DNA from: a virus
Direction: 5' to 3' (one strand)
DNA: 40,286 nt
UHGV virus genome: UHGV-0218934
A program made the translations under genes and the position numbers. The notes below the pieces were generated by a model. The model did no database searches. It was not told where the DNA came from and was given only the letters and a program-made list of their open reading frames with translations. Within the stretch, counting starts at the first letter, position 1; the number at the start of each line of letters is the position of its first letter. Below, in pieces: positions 8,686 through 17,941 of this stretch.

Positions 8686-8815
8686 AACGCGTAAGCAAGA
8701 GCGAGGGCGTGCAAGCCAACCCTGCACGCTCATAGCGAGGCTTTCAAGATCCCCCTAGTCATGGCCCGCGAGCATTCATACAAGCGCGCGGGCATCTTTT
8801 AAGGAGTAGTGATTC

Positions 8816-9229
8816 ATGCTGATGAGGATTTGCAGCGCATGCGGGCGGCAGGTGAGAGTAGGAGAGCCGTGCCCATGCCTGAAGGAGCGGCAGAGATCAT
8901 ATGACCGTGACAACCGGAACAAGAAAGCCGCTTCGCTGTATCAATCGAGGCCATGGCAGCTCCTGCAGCTTGCCGTGAAGTCACGTGCTCAGTACATCGA
9001 TGAATACGTCATGTACTACGAGAAGCGCATGACAGCAGGACGCATCGCACACCACATCATACCGGTGGACGAGCGGCCTGACTTGGCGCTCAATCCACAG
9101 AACCTGGTTTACGTGTCGGACAAGACGCATAAACTGATTCATGATGCTTACAAGAAAGGCGGCAAGGAGAAGGCTGCCATGCAGGCGAGACTCGCCAGGA
9201 TCCGCATGAAGAGAACAACAGATGGATAA
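8816..9229 (+). CDS. HNH endonuclease (terminase cofactor, HK97 gp74-like)
   Basis: CSACG...CPC N-terminus; AHHIIPV...LNPQNL...THKLIH; precedes terS. Confidence 0.85.
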   Translation: MLMRICSACGRQVRVGEPCPCLKERQRSYDRDNRNKKAASLYQSRPWQLLQLAVKSRAQYIDEYVMYYEKRMTAGRIAHHIIPVDERPDLALNPQNLVYVSDKTHKLIHDAYKKGGKEKAAMQARLARIRMKRTTDG

Positions 9230-9241
9230 GTTTTCTTTATG

Positions 9242-9295
9242 GGAGGGGGCGGTCGAAAAAGTTTTTTCTATCGCGCATCAGACCGCGCCCCCTCC
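9242..9295. other. Putative cos site region
   Basis: GGAGGGGGCGGTC...GACCGCGCCCCCTCC imperfect inverted repeat flanking an A/T tract between HNH and terS, the usual cos position in HK97-like phages. Confidence 0.6.
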
Positions 9296-9339
9296 TTTTT
9301 CGCGAGAAAATGCCAAAAACCATGAAGGGAGATGAGAAA

Positions 9340-9816
9340 ATGGGACGCCCAAGAAAGGTTGTATCGATGTCAACCGGGAAGATCGGGAAAGCGGCGAGAG
9401 CTGCGAGGAGCGAAGCGGAGAAGCAGATGCACGTCAAATCGGATGCCCTCTCTCCTCCGGACTGGCTGTCGGACCGTGCGGCACTGGAATTTGACCGTGT
9501 CGTGCGGGAATCGGCAGAGCTTGGCATCCTCGACAACCTCGACCTCGCCGTCCTGGCCGTCTATGCGGACAATTTCAGCCGCTATGCGGATGCTGCGACG
9601 CACCTCAACATCCACGGCGCCACGGTCACGACGCAGAACGGCTATGAGACGCCGTCTCCGTGGGTGACGGTGGCCGACCGGGCCGCGAAGAATATCTTCT
9701 CCTGCTCGTCGAAGCTCGGCATGAGCGTGACAGACCGTCTCAAGCTGATTGTGCCGACAAAAGAGGAGAAGTCGGTCAATAAATACATCAAGTTCTTTGG
9801 AAGTGATAAGGGATGA
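9340..9816 (+). CDS. terS: Terminase small subunit (P27 family)
   Basis: MGRPRK...PPDWLSDRA...LDNLDLAVLAVY...KLGMSVTDRLKL. Confidence 0.9.
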   Translation: MGRPRKVVSMSTGKIGKAARAARSEAEKQMHVKSDALSPPDWLSDRAALEFDRVVRESAELGILDNLDLAVLAVYADNFSRYADAATHLNIHGATVTTQNGYETPSPWVTVADRAAKNIFSCSSKLGMSVTDRLKLIVPTKEEKSVNKYIKFFGSDKG

Positions 9817-11558
9817 GAGACCGCACGACGGAATACGCCAAGCTCGTCTTGAGCGGGCAGCGCATCTGCGGGCGGAGTGAAGTGCTGGCCGCTCAGCGCC
9901 ATATCAACGATATGAAAGATAAAGGCACGGAGTGGATCTTTGATGTCAAAGAAGCTGAGCGTCACATCGACATTGCCAACACGCTGACGATTGGCGAAGG
10001 CGAGGCGCATGCACTCCATACGCGCGGCTTCCAGAATTTCATTATCGGTAGCCTCTTCGGCTGGCGCAAAAAGCGCAGCGACATTCGAAGATATCGCGAG
10101 GCATATGTCCAAGTAGGGCGGCAAAATGGCAAGTCATTCCTGGCCGGCACGCTCGCGAACGACTTTGCGACCTTCGGCGGCTATCAGTATGGCAGGATCT
10201 TTTGTACAGCGACGAAACAGGACCAGGCGAATATCGTCTGGGACGAGGTGGCCAAGTTCATCCAGTCGGACAAGGATTTGGCCGAACTGTACAAGATCAA
10301 GACGTACGACCGCACAATCACAAGCAAGGTCACGGGGACGACCATCAAGGCAATCGGAAGAGACACGAAATCCGCAGACGGTTTCCGAACTATCCTTGCT
10401 ATCGTGGATGAGTATCACGCCCATCCGACGAACCAGATGTACAAGCTCATGATGGACGGTCAGGACATGGTCAAGAATGCACTGACCATCGCCATCACGA
10501 CCGCCGGCTTCAACCTCAAGAGCCCGTGCTACGAGCAGTATCAGTTCTGCAAGAAAGTATTGGAAGGCGTCGTGCAGAAAGACAATCTCTTCGTCTACAT
10601 CGCCGAGCTCGACGAAGAGGATGACATCTGGAAGAAAGAGAATTGGGCGAAGGCTAATCCGCTCAAGCTCTTCCTGCCGGATGAAGTCACGCTCGACGAC
10701 GAGAAGTTGGCTGTCGTGGCCAATAAGGCCATCGATGCCAAGGAGAAGCAGGGCGAAGAACTTGTGAACTTCGAGACGAAGACGCTCAACCAGTGGGTGA
10801 CTTACACGGGCGGTGCACTGCTTGATATGGCGGCCTGGCAAGCGGGTGGCAAGCCGTGGACATTGGCAGATATAAAAGGCCGGGAGGGTTATCTCGGCAT
10901 TGATTTGTCGAGCGGCGGCGACCTGACATCTATCAGTATCGTGTTCCCGCTCGGGGATGACAATGTATACATCTGGAGCCACAGCTACATGCCGGAACTG
11001 CGTCTGGCAGAGCACATCAGGAGCGATGATGCGCCGTATGGCGTCTGGAAGAATCAGGGACTCATCACACTGACGAGTGGCATGTATGGCATCAAGACCG
11101 ATTATAAGTACATCATTGCGGACCTCAAGCGCATGATTGACGAGTACGACATCGATATCATCGGCTGTGGCTATGATGCTCACAATGCGGCGGCGTTCCT
11201 GGCCGACCTCGAGGATGTACTGCAGTGCGACCTGACTGAGGTAAAACAGTCGGCGCGCAGCCTCAATGATACGACGAAGGACTTTCAACTCAGCGTCAAG
11301 GCTGGCCAGGTATCTTACGACCAGAACAATGCACTGCTGAGCTGGTCGGCCACCAATGCGATTATCTCGGAGCCGAATTCGTTCGGTGAGATCAAGGTGG
11401 ACAAGATGACGCAGACTGACCGCATCGACCCAATCGACGCTATCATCGATGCCTGGAAGATGTGGTTCCTCTCGAAAGAGAACAACGTGCCGGATGGCGA
11501 AGAGGCCCTGCAGATGTGGCTGGATTCAATGGGAGAAGATGAGAAAGAGGGGAGGTGA
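9813..11558 (+). CDS. terL: Terminase large subunit
   Basis: Walker A VGRQNGKS, Walker B AIVDEYH, ITTAG, nuclease GIDLSSGGDLTS, RIDPIDA. Confidence 0.97.
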   Translation: MRDRTTEYAKLVLSGQRICGRSEVLAAQRHINDMKDKGTEWIFDVKEAERHIDIANTLTIGEGEAHALHTRGFQNFIIGSLFGWRKKRSDIRRYREAYVQVGRQNGKSFLAGTLANDFATFGGYQYGRIFCTATKQDQANIVWDEVAKFIQSDKDLAELYKIKTYDRTITSKVTGTTIKAIGRDTKSADGFRTILAIVDEYHAHPTNQMYKLMMDGQDMVKNALTIAITTAGFNLKSPCYEQYQFCKKVLEGVVQKDNLFVYIAELDEEDDIWKKENWAKANPLKLFLPDEVTLDDEKLAVVANKAIDAKEKQGEELVNFETKTLNQWVTYTGGALLDMAAWQAGGKPWTLADIKGREGYLGIDLSSGGDLTSISIVFPLGDDNVYIWSHSYMPELRLAEHIRSDDAPYGVWKNQGLITLTSGMYGIKTDYKYIIADLKRMIDEYDIDIIGCGYDAHNAAAFLADLEDVLQCDLTEVKQSARSLNDTTKDFQLSVKAGQVSYDQNNALLSWSATNAIISEPNSFGEIKVDKMTQTDRIDPIDAIIDAWKMWFLSKENNVPDGEEALQMWLDSMGEDEKEGR

Positions 11559-11563
11559 AAAGA

Positions 11564-12841
11564 ATGAATCTGTTCGGAAAGGTCAAGCGCTGGATTCACA
11601 ACGATGGCGGCGAGAGTACCGGCATCGTTGTGAGCACCATCAACGAACTATTCTTCGGTGCAGGGAATGCCGAGCTTGGCCCGGACATGTCTGAGATTAC
11701 GTATTTCACCTGCCTGAAGACGCTGGCAGAGGCGCTGGGCAAGATGCCGCTCTACTTGATGGACGAGAAAAAGAATCGAGTCATGCGCCATGAAGTGGTG
11801 CCGTTTATCAGTTTCGAGCCCAATCCGCTCGAGACGCCAATCCAGTTTTTCACCTATCTCGAGTACTGCAGGAATCACTATGGAAACGCGTACGTATTTG
11901 TGATGCGCCATCGAGGTACCTTGCAGGGGCTGTACCCGCTCGATCCACGCATGGTCCAGATCTGGGTCAACAACACGGACGAATTTACGCAGAGGCGATA
12001 CTACTACTGCTATACGGACAGACGCAGCGGGAAAACGTACTGGATTGACCCGGGAGACATGCTCCATGTCAAGTCATGGGTCACAGGCGATGGCGGATAT
12101 GCAGGCAAGAGCGTGCGCGAGATACTGGCGACGAATATGGCGGGTGCAAAGGCCAGCCAGAAGTTCCTGAACAATCTGTATCAGAAAGGCCTCACAGCCA
12201 ATGCAGTCGTCAAGTATGTCGGCGACCTCAGCAAAGAGAAGCAGCGCGTCTTGCTCAAGAAGATTGACGAGCAGGCCCGCGATGACGGCAGGCGCATGAT
12301 TACCCTGCCAATGGGCTACGATATCCAGACGCTCGACCTCAAGCTGACGGATAGCCAGTTCTACGAACTCAAGAAGTACAACGCTCTGCAAGTGGCGGCG
12401 GCCTTCGGCATCCAGCCGAATCAGCTTAACGACTACAGCAAGTCGAGCTATGCGAACAGTGCGATGCAGTCGCTCTCGTTCTATGTGCAGACGTTGCTGC
12501 ACATCATCACGGTCTACGAGCAGGAATTCAACCGCAAGCTGCTGACGCCGGCCGAGCAGTCGCGAGGCCTTGGCTTTAAGTTCAATTTCTGGATGATCCT
12601 GCGAGGTGACCCGACTCAACAGGCGGATGTCCTGCAAAAGATGGTCCAGTCGGCCATCTACAGCCCGAATGAAGCGCGCGGTAAGGTGGATATGCCGCCG
12701 TGTGCGGGCGGTGATGTGCATATTGTCAACGGCTCGTACGTGAAGCTGCAGGATATCGGCCTGGCATATGGCGCGAAGTCCGGTGGAAAAAGTAATGAAA
12801 GCAATGAAGGAGGTGACAGGAATGATTCGAGTAAAAAATAG
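11564..12841 (+). CDS. Portal protein (HK97 family)
   Basis: YGNAYV, LYPLDP, DMLHVK, DSQFYELKKY...VAAAFGI, SPNEAR motifs. Confidence 0.95.
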   Translation: MNLFGKVKRWIHNDGGESTGIVVSTINELFFGAGNAELGPDMSEITYFTCLKTLAEALGKMPLYLMDEKKNRVMRHEVVPFISFEPNPLETPIQFFTYLEYCRNHYGNAYVFVMRHRGTLQGLYPLDPRMVQIWVNNTDEFTQRRYYYCYTDRRSGKTYWIDPGDMLHVKSWVTGDGGYAGKSVREILATNMAGAKASQKFLNNLYQKGLTANAVVKYVGDLSKEKQRVLLKKIDEQARDDGRRMITLPMGYDIQTLDLKLTDSQFYELKKYNALQVAAAFGIQPNQLNDYSKSSYANSAMQSLSFYVQTLLHIITVYEQEFNRKLLTPAEQSRGLGFKFNFWMILRGDPTQQADVLQKMVQSAIYSPNEARGKVDMPPCAGGDVHIVNGSYVKLQDIGLAYGAKSGGKSNESNEGGDRNDSSKK

Positions 12842-13592
12842 CGCAGAAGGTGCGGAAATCAGCATTTCCGGCAATATCGTCGATGACCAGGAAGGGAATA
12901 GCATGGAATGGTGGCGGGGCGAGGGCAACACGGGCGGCTACGAATGGCCGAGCAACATCAAGAAGCAGCTCGATGCTATCGATGACGAGCAGCCTCTCAC
13001 CATCTACATCAATTCAGACGGCGGCTCGGTCGCGGCTGGCGTGGCCATTGCCAACATGGTCGCTCGCCACAAGGGGCCGACGACGGCTGTGGTCGATGGC
13101 TGGGCTTGCTCGGTTGCAACGCAGATCTTCTTTGCAGCCGACACGTGCTGCATACCGTCAAATGCATACCTGATGATCCACAAGCCGTCCTGCGCATTGT
13201 ACGGCGATGCGTCTGACTTGGCGAAAGCCATCGAGATGCTGGATACCATCCAGGATGGTCTGGAGTCCACCTACAATAAGGCAGCCAAGGATGGCGTGAC
13301 GCCGGAGCAGGTGCACGATATGGTAGAGCAGGCAACGTGGCTGACGGGTGAGTCGGCGGCGCAGTACTTCAATGTGGAAGTCACGGAAGCGACGCAGACA
13401 GCGGCCAGCGTCAGCGATGCGTTCCGGGCGGCTGCTGGCAGGTGTAAGGACATCCCGCAGAAAATCAGAGCCCTTCTGGAGCGGAAAGAAGATTGCAGGC
13501 CAGTCCCAGATGATACGGAAGCTGCTGAAGAGGAAAGAAAGACCATGAATATGCAAGTGGCCATCGCCCTTGCGTTGGCGGAAGGAGAATGA
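12822..13592 (+). CDS. ClpP-type head maturation protease
   Basis: IYINSDGGSV, VVDGWACSVAT, YLMIHKP, TWLTG. Confidence 0.93.
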   Translation: MIRVKNSAEGAEISISGNIVDDQEGNSMEWWRGEGNTGGYEWPSNIKKQLDAIDDEQPLTIYINSDGGSVAAGVAIANMVARHKGPTTAVVDGWACSVATQIFFAADTCCIPSNAYLMIHKPSCALYGDASDLAKAIEMLDTIQDGLESTYNKAAKDGVTPEQVHDMVEQATWLTGESAAQYFNVEVTEATQTAASVSDAFRAAAGRCKDIPQKIRALLERKEDCRPVPDDTEAAEEERKTMNMQVAIALALAEGE

Positions 13593-13593
13593 C

Positions 13594-14760
13594 ATGAAGA
13601 AATCTGACCAGCTTAAAAAGACCTATGATGAAATCAAGGCAAAGATCAATGACCTGCAGGAAGCAGGCGAAACGAAAAAAGCGTATGATCTGCTGCCGGA
13701 CCTGAAAAATGCAGAACAAGCCTACAAAGTACAGCTTGAGATGGAGAAAGAGGATCTGGCTGACTTCCTGCCGGCCGCAGCACCGGTGCTGAAGAATGCC
13801 GTTGAAGACAAGGTTATGCGCAACCGCATTTTCAACAAGCTCGTTCTCGGCATCCCGCTCAACGAGCAGGAGCGCGACTTCTACGCGGCGGACAGCACGC
13901 CGGTCCAGCGCGTCGATGATGCTGCCGGTACTCCTGGCCAGGTCGGTGCAACGCCTGCCAAGGGCGGCTACCTCGTACCGGAAGAGCAGATGGCAACGCT
14001 GCGTGAGTACCGCAAGGCCTACACCTCACTGAAGACGCTGGCGCATGTCCAGACGGCCAACAGCACATCCGGCTCGATGCCGACACTCGGAGACGAGAAT
14101 GGTGTACTGACGAACTTTGAAGAAATCACGAACATCAAGCAGTCTGACTTCGATTTCGGCCAGCTGAAGTATGAAATCAAAGACTACGGCGATATCATCC
14201 CTGTGTCGAACCAGCTCCTGCAGGATGCAGATGTCAGCATCCTCGACATCATCGGCCAGCGCTTTGCCAGAAAGTCCATCAACACAGAGAATCAGGAAAT
14301 CCTCGGCCTGCTCGGCGGCCTGAGTTCGGCAGAACTGAAGGATTACAAGTCGCTCATGAAAGCGCTGAACGTTGACCTTGATCCTGCATACTACGCAGGG
14401 GCCCGCATCGTCACGAATCAGGATGGCTTCCAGTGGATGAGCGAGTTGGAAGACAACCAGAAGCGTCCTCTGCTCGTGCCGGATGTGGCAGCACAGGACA
14501 CGTACCGCTTCCGTGGCAAAGAAATCTTCGTGCTCTCGAACACGACGATGGCAACAAAGGAAAGCAAGATTCCGTTCTACATCGGCTCCATCGGCGACTA
14601 TGTGGCCTTCTTCCAGCGCCTTGGCGTCGAGATTGCCGTGTCTCAGGATTTCCTCTTTGACAAGTACGCGACGGCCCTGCGCTGCGTAGAGCGCTTTGGC
14701 GTCGTAGCAGACGATACGGATGCCGTGAAAGCCTACAGCGTCACTGTTACAACGGCATAA
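13594..14760 (+). CDS. Major capsid protein (HK97 fold)
   Basis: N-terminal coiled-coil delta domain; GGYLVPE; IIPVSNQLLQD. Confidence 0.95.
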   Translation: MKKSDQLKKTYDEIKAKINDLQEAGETKKAYDLLPDLKNAEQAYKVQLEMEKEDLADFLPAAAPVLKNAVEDKVMRNRIFNKLVLGIPLNEQERDFYAADSTPVQRVDDAAGTPGQVGATPAKGGYLVPEEQMATLREYRKAYTSLKTLAHVQTANSTSGSMPTLGDENGVLTNFEEITNIKQSDFDFGQLKYEIKDYGDIIPVSNQLLQDADVSILDIIGQRFARKSINTENQEILGLLGGLSSAELKDYKSLMKALNVDLDPAYYAGARIVTNQDGFQWMSELEDNQKRPLLVPDVAAQDTYRFRGKEIFVLSNTTMATKESKIPFYIGSIGDYVAFFQRLGVEIAVSQDFLFDKYATALRCVERFGVVADDTDAVKAYSVTVTTA

Positions 14761-14780
14761 CTCGAATAAGGGGTGATAGT

Positions 14781-15098
14781 ATGGCACTCAGCGTAGCAGA
14801 TATCAAGCTGTATCTCCGTATCGACAACGATGTGGAGGACGCCATGCTGCAGCGTCTGCTTGCACAGGCGGATGCGTATCTTGCCGGTGCTGTAGATGAC
14901 TTTGCTCTGCACTGCAAGACAAAGTCATTTGATCAGCAGGCCGACATCGTGCGGGCGGCCATCGTGGCCGAGATGTACAACAACAGGGACTGCCAGGAAG
15001 AAAAGCACCAGGCATTCCCGTACTTCATCCGCTCGGCCATCGCACAGCTGCAGTACAGCGCAGACGATATAGATGCAGAAGGGAGTGGCGAAGCGTGA
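14781..15098 (+). CDS. Head-tail connector (HK97 gp6-like)
   Basis: IKLYLRIDNDVEDAML; EMYNNR; synteny. Confidence 0.88.
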   Translation: MALSVADIKLYLRIDNDVEDAMLQRLLAQADAYLAGAVDDFALHCKTKSFDQQADIVRAAIVAEMYNNRDCQEEKHQAFPYFIRSAIAQLQYSADDIDAEGSGEA

Positions 15099-15412
15099 TT
15101 ATCACGAGCAGGATGCGCCATCGCATCAACCTGCGTAAGCCAGAGGATACGATGGATGACATCCATGGATACGAGACTTCGTACACGACCGTACAGACCG
15201 TCTGGGCCGAGTTCCTGAAGCCTGGATTTGTCAGCAAGACCGTCCTCGGGGATGCGGCAGCTGTCGAAGTGACGCAGGGCATGCGCATTCGCGCGACGAC
15301 GATTGGCAAAGGCTGGCGTGTGTCGGAAGGAGAGCACGAATATGATGTGCTCCATGTCGATGATACGACGCCAGGCGAGATGATTCTGACAACGACCGAG
15401 GTGCATTCCTGA
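15095..15412 (+). CDS. Head closure protein / adaptor
   Basis: MRHRINL...TVWAE; synteny. Confidence 0.82.
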   Translation: MIITSRMRHRINLRKPEDTMDDIHGYETSYTTVQTVWAEFLKPGFVSKTVLGDAAAVEVTQGMRIRATTIGKGWRVSEGEHEYDVLHVDDTTPGEMILTTTEVHS

Positions 15413-15849
15413 TGAGTACGACATGGATTCATTCGAACCTGCCAGAGCAGGTGCAGAAGGCGGTGAGGGATGTTGACCGTTACGACGAGAAGACAAAGAA
15501 GATGCTGCAGGATGCCATTCGGAGCGGTACGGAAGATACCATGAGGTCGGCCATCCGCCACGTGCATACCAAGAGCGGCAATCTCGTCTCGAAAATCTCA
15601 ATGGACTACAACGAGTCCATCAATACCGGCTACGTGAAATCGAAAGCACATCACTCCTGGTTGGTTGAGCACGGCGCAGGCATTGCCTTTGTGCTGCCGC
15701 GCAAGAAGAAGGCGCTGAAATACGGCGACCGTTTCTTCAAGCTGGCCAAGATACCGCCGCGCAAGCCACATCCATTCATGCAGACGGCGATTGATGAGAC
15801 GGCCCCGAAGATTACGGCGGCCGTAGAGGAGGCGGTCGACCATGATTAA
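15412..15849 (+). CDS. HK97 gp10-like neck protein
   Basis: KSGNL, WLVEHG, KPHPFMQTA. Confidence 0.82.
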   Translation: MSTTWIHSNLPEQVQKAVRDVDRYDEKTKKMLQDAIRSGTEDTMRSAIRHVHTKSGNLVSKISMDYNESINTGYVKSKAHHSWLVEHGAGIAFVLPRKKKALKYGDRFFKLAKIPPRKPHPFMQTAIDETAPKITAAVEEAVDHD

Positions 15850-16243
15850 GCGCAGGATGCCGTTTCAGGCGCTCCAAAAAGCGACGTGTGAGCTTCTGAA
15901 AGCCTATCAGAGCGCGCCGGTCTATGAGTACGTCACGCTGAACACAAAGCCGCCGTACATGACATTCGGTGACATCCACGTTGCAGACGCCGGAACGAAG
16001 GATGCGGCCATCTACACGGTCGAGATGGAGATCTATGCCTACAGCCGGGCTCATACGCGCCGGGAGGTCAATGAGATGATTGACGATGTGGCGACTCTCT
16101 TGTCGTCAGTCGGTGTCGACCTCAATGCGGACGGGTACACCGTCGTGGCTCAGGATATTGCAGACGCTACGACGTCGCCGAGTGAGGTGGAAGGCTACAC
16201 GGGCAGATTGCTCGCCGTTTTTCAGATTCAAGACGATAAATGA
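15842..16243 (+). CDS. Tail completion/terminator protein (DUF3168-like)
   Basis: ALQKA, PVYE, PPYMTFGD; synteny. Confidence 0.78.
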   Translation: MIKRRMPFQALQKATCELLKAYQSAPVYEYVTLNTKPPYMTFGDIHVADAGTKDAAIYTVEMEIYAYSRAHTRREVNEMIDDVATLLSSVGVDLNADGYTVVAQDIADATTSPSEVEGYTGRLLAVFQIQDDK

Positions 16244-16267
16244 TGAATGATATGAGGAGGAATAACT

Positions 16268-16744
16268 ATGGCAATCACAGCAGACAGCCTGCCGGAAAAC
16301 CCGAATAAGACGCAGGCAACCGTTGGCAAGGACTACTTCTTGAAGGTCAATACGGGGACGTACGAATCGCCGACGTGGACGCTCGTAGGCGGCCAGCGCA
16401 ATTCGAAGCTGGGTAAGAAGGCCGACTCGATTGACGTGTCGGACAAGACGACTGGCGGTTGGAGTGCTAAAATGCCAGGCCTGAAGTCCTGGACGATTGA
16501 CCTTTCGGGGCTGGTCATGCTGAATGACGATGGCGTGGACGCACTCAATGCCGCTTTTGACGCAAGCAAGATGGTAGATGTGCGCCTCGAGTATCCGGAC
16601 AAGACGTTCCAGCGCGGCTGGGCGGCCATTACGGAGTTTGACTTGGATAACCCGCACAATGGCGCAGCGACTCTCACGGGCAAATTGGAGGGCAATGGCC
16701 CTCTGAGTGCTCGCGCGAAGGATACCACGAATCCGTCGCACTGA
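16268..16744 (+). CDS. Major tail tube protein (TP901-1 family)
   Basis: VGGQRNSKL, IDVSDK..GGW, PGLKSWTID, LEGNGPL. Confidence 0.92.
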   Translation: MAITADSLPENPNKTQATVGKDYFLKVNTGTYESPTWTLVGGQRNSKLGKKADSIDVSDKTTGGWSAKMPGLKSWTIDLSGLVMLNDDGVDALNAAFDASKMVDVRLEYPDKTFQRGWAAITEFDLDNPHNGAATLTGKLEGNGPLSARAKDTTNPSH

Positions 16745-16804
16745 TAGCAGGTTGAAGAAGAATGACAGGCGGGCGCGTCCAGGCGGCTGCGCCCATATGC
16801 CTGT

Positions 16805-17179
16805 ATGAATATGAGTAAGGAGAACCAAGGATTGAAAAAAGAAACGGTATTTGAGACAACAAATGGGAAGAAACTGCGTTTGTCGCTGAATATCCGCGAC
16901 ATGATGGAGATTGAGAGAGATATTGACTGCTCTCTCTTTGCACTGATGACGGAGGTGGGTATGGGATCCACGCGCAACATGACCGTGCGATTCACAGCGT
17001 CTGTCCTGCGCCATGCCATGCCGAAGGGGACTACAGAAGAAGATGTCGAGAAGCTCATTGAGGAGCACTGCTATGCCGGCGGCACGCTGGATGGCCTGAA
17101 TGCGGTTGCGCTCAACACGCTCTTTGCAACGGGGATGTTCACGCCGGGAAAAGTCGAAGAGGCGGCGGAGGAGAAGTAG
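16805..17179 (+). CDS. Tail assembly chaperone (gpG-like)
   Basis: Lies between tube and tape measure genes; contains slippery G GGA AAA near the 3' end. Confidence 0.85.
   Translation: MNMSKENQGLKKETVFETTNGKKLRLSLNIRDMMEIERDIDCSLFALMTEVGMGSTRNMTVRFTASVLRHAMPKGTTEEDVEKLIEEHCYAGGTLDGLNAVALNTLFATGMFTPGKVEEAAEEK
17146..17152 (+). other. Programmed -1 frameshift heptamer GGGAAAA
   Basis: In-frame X XXY YYZ (ccG GGA AAA); the -1 frame is open into ORF 17203..17505. Confidence 0.85.
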
Positions 17180-17202
17180 CCGTTGCCTCGTTCCGAGAAT
17201 GG

Positions 17203-17505
17203 GTGGAAGCGAGTGAGACGGTCGCATACGGCTATCTCGGTCTGACACCGATGGAGTTCTCGAATCTGCAGGTTGGAGAATTCTACAAGATCCTTGAAGG
17301 GCGGCAATCAGCAGAGAAGCGTCTCGACGAGAAACGGGCCTACTTCCTCTCGTGGCTTGTCAATGTGCAGCTCGAGCACCCTGTCGCGACGGAGGAAATC
17401 CTCATACCGCTCTATCCAGAAGTAAAGGCACAGATGGAAGAGCGCAAGAGGAAACAGCGTGAAGAGGATGAGGCTATCCTGCGCAAAGAGTTTGGATTGG
17501 ACTAA
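17203..17505 (+). CDS. gpT-like C-terminal extension of the tail assembly chaperone (G-T fusion)
   Basis: -1 frame relative to 16805; LGLTPMEFSNLQVGEF; no good RBS of its own. Confidence 0.8.
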   Translation: MEASETVAYGYLGLTPMEFSNLQVGEFYKILEGRQSAEKRLDEKRAYFLSWLVNVQLEHPVATEEILIPLYPEVKAQMEERKRKQREEDEAILRKEFGLD

Positions 17506-17528
17506 AAAAAGACCGCCATCAGGCGGCC
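17504..17528 (-). terminator. Intrinsic terminator for the antisense gene
   Basis: Minus strand GGCCGCC-TGAT-GGCGGTC-TTTTTTT. Confidence 0.75.
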
Positions 17529-17884
17529 TTGTCGGAATCAAGATAAGCTTGCAGGAAGTCTTTGTAGGTTGTCTTATCCGCGACGGCGATAAAGGATCCG
17601 TAATAGCGGATGGTGATGCGGAACGTATAGAGCTGGCGTATTTTTAAGCCGGCGATTGCGGCAAATGCGATAGCGCCGACGAGACTGAAGCAGAGAAAGC
17701 CGAAAACCAGGGCAGGAAGAGCACGCAGCCAGCTGAGCCTGTAGTCAGTGCAATGGGAAATCTCCTGGTAATCCAGGACAGATACCCTGCTGATGGCGAT
17801 GGGCGGATGCCCGTCTGCAATCAGGACATTACCCAAAAGCTTGTAGTCGGGAGAAATATCGCCCGAAATGATACGGAATGACAT
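17519..17884 (-). CDS. Membrane protein moron (candidate superinfection exclusion)
   Basis: Own extended -10, AGGGGTG RBS, ATG 17884, hydrophobic hairpin ALPALVFGFLCFSLVGAIAFAAIAG, own terminator. Confidence 0.75.
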   Translation of the reverse strand: MSFRIISGDISPDYKLLGNVLIADGHPPIAISRVSVLDYQEISHCTDYRLSWLRALPALVFGFLCFSLVGAIAFAAIAGLKIRQLYTFRITIRYYGSFIAVADKTTYKDFLQAYLDSDKAA

Positions 17885-17905
17885 AGTAACCACCCCTTTT
17901 TCTTT

Positions 17906-17914
17906 ATTATATCA
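17906..17914 (-). promoter_or_regulatory. Extended -10 promoter of the moron
   Basis: TGATATAAT on the minus strand. Confidence 0.65.
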
Positions 17915-17941
17915 TGACGGACATGGCAGGAGGCAGAGAAT

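Noticed and set aside
10134..11288. Long antisense ORFs (also 5249-6298, 12074-12931, 16106-17248, 27498-28394 etc.)
   Set aside because: Shadows of GC-rich sense genes; no RBS, promoter or motifs
16765..16803. GC-rich hairpin after the major tail gene
   Set aside because: No U-tract; probably an ordinary mRNA-stabilising stem
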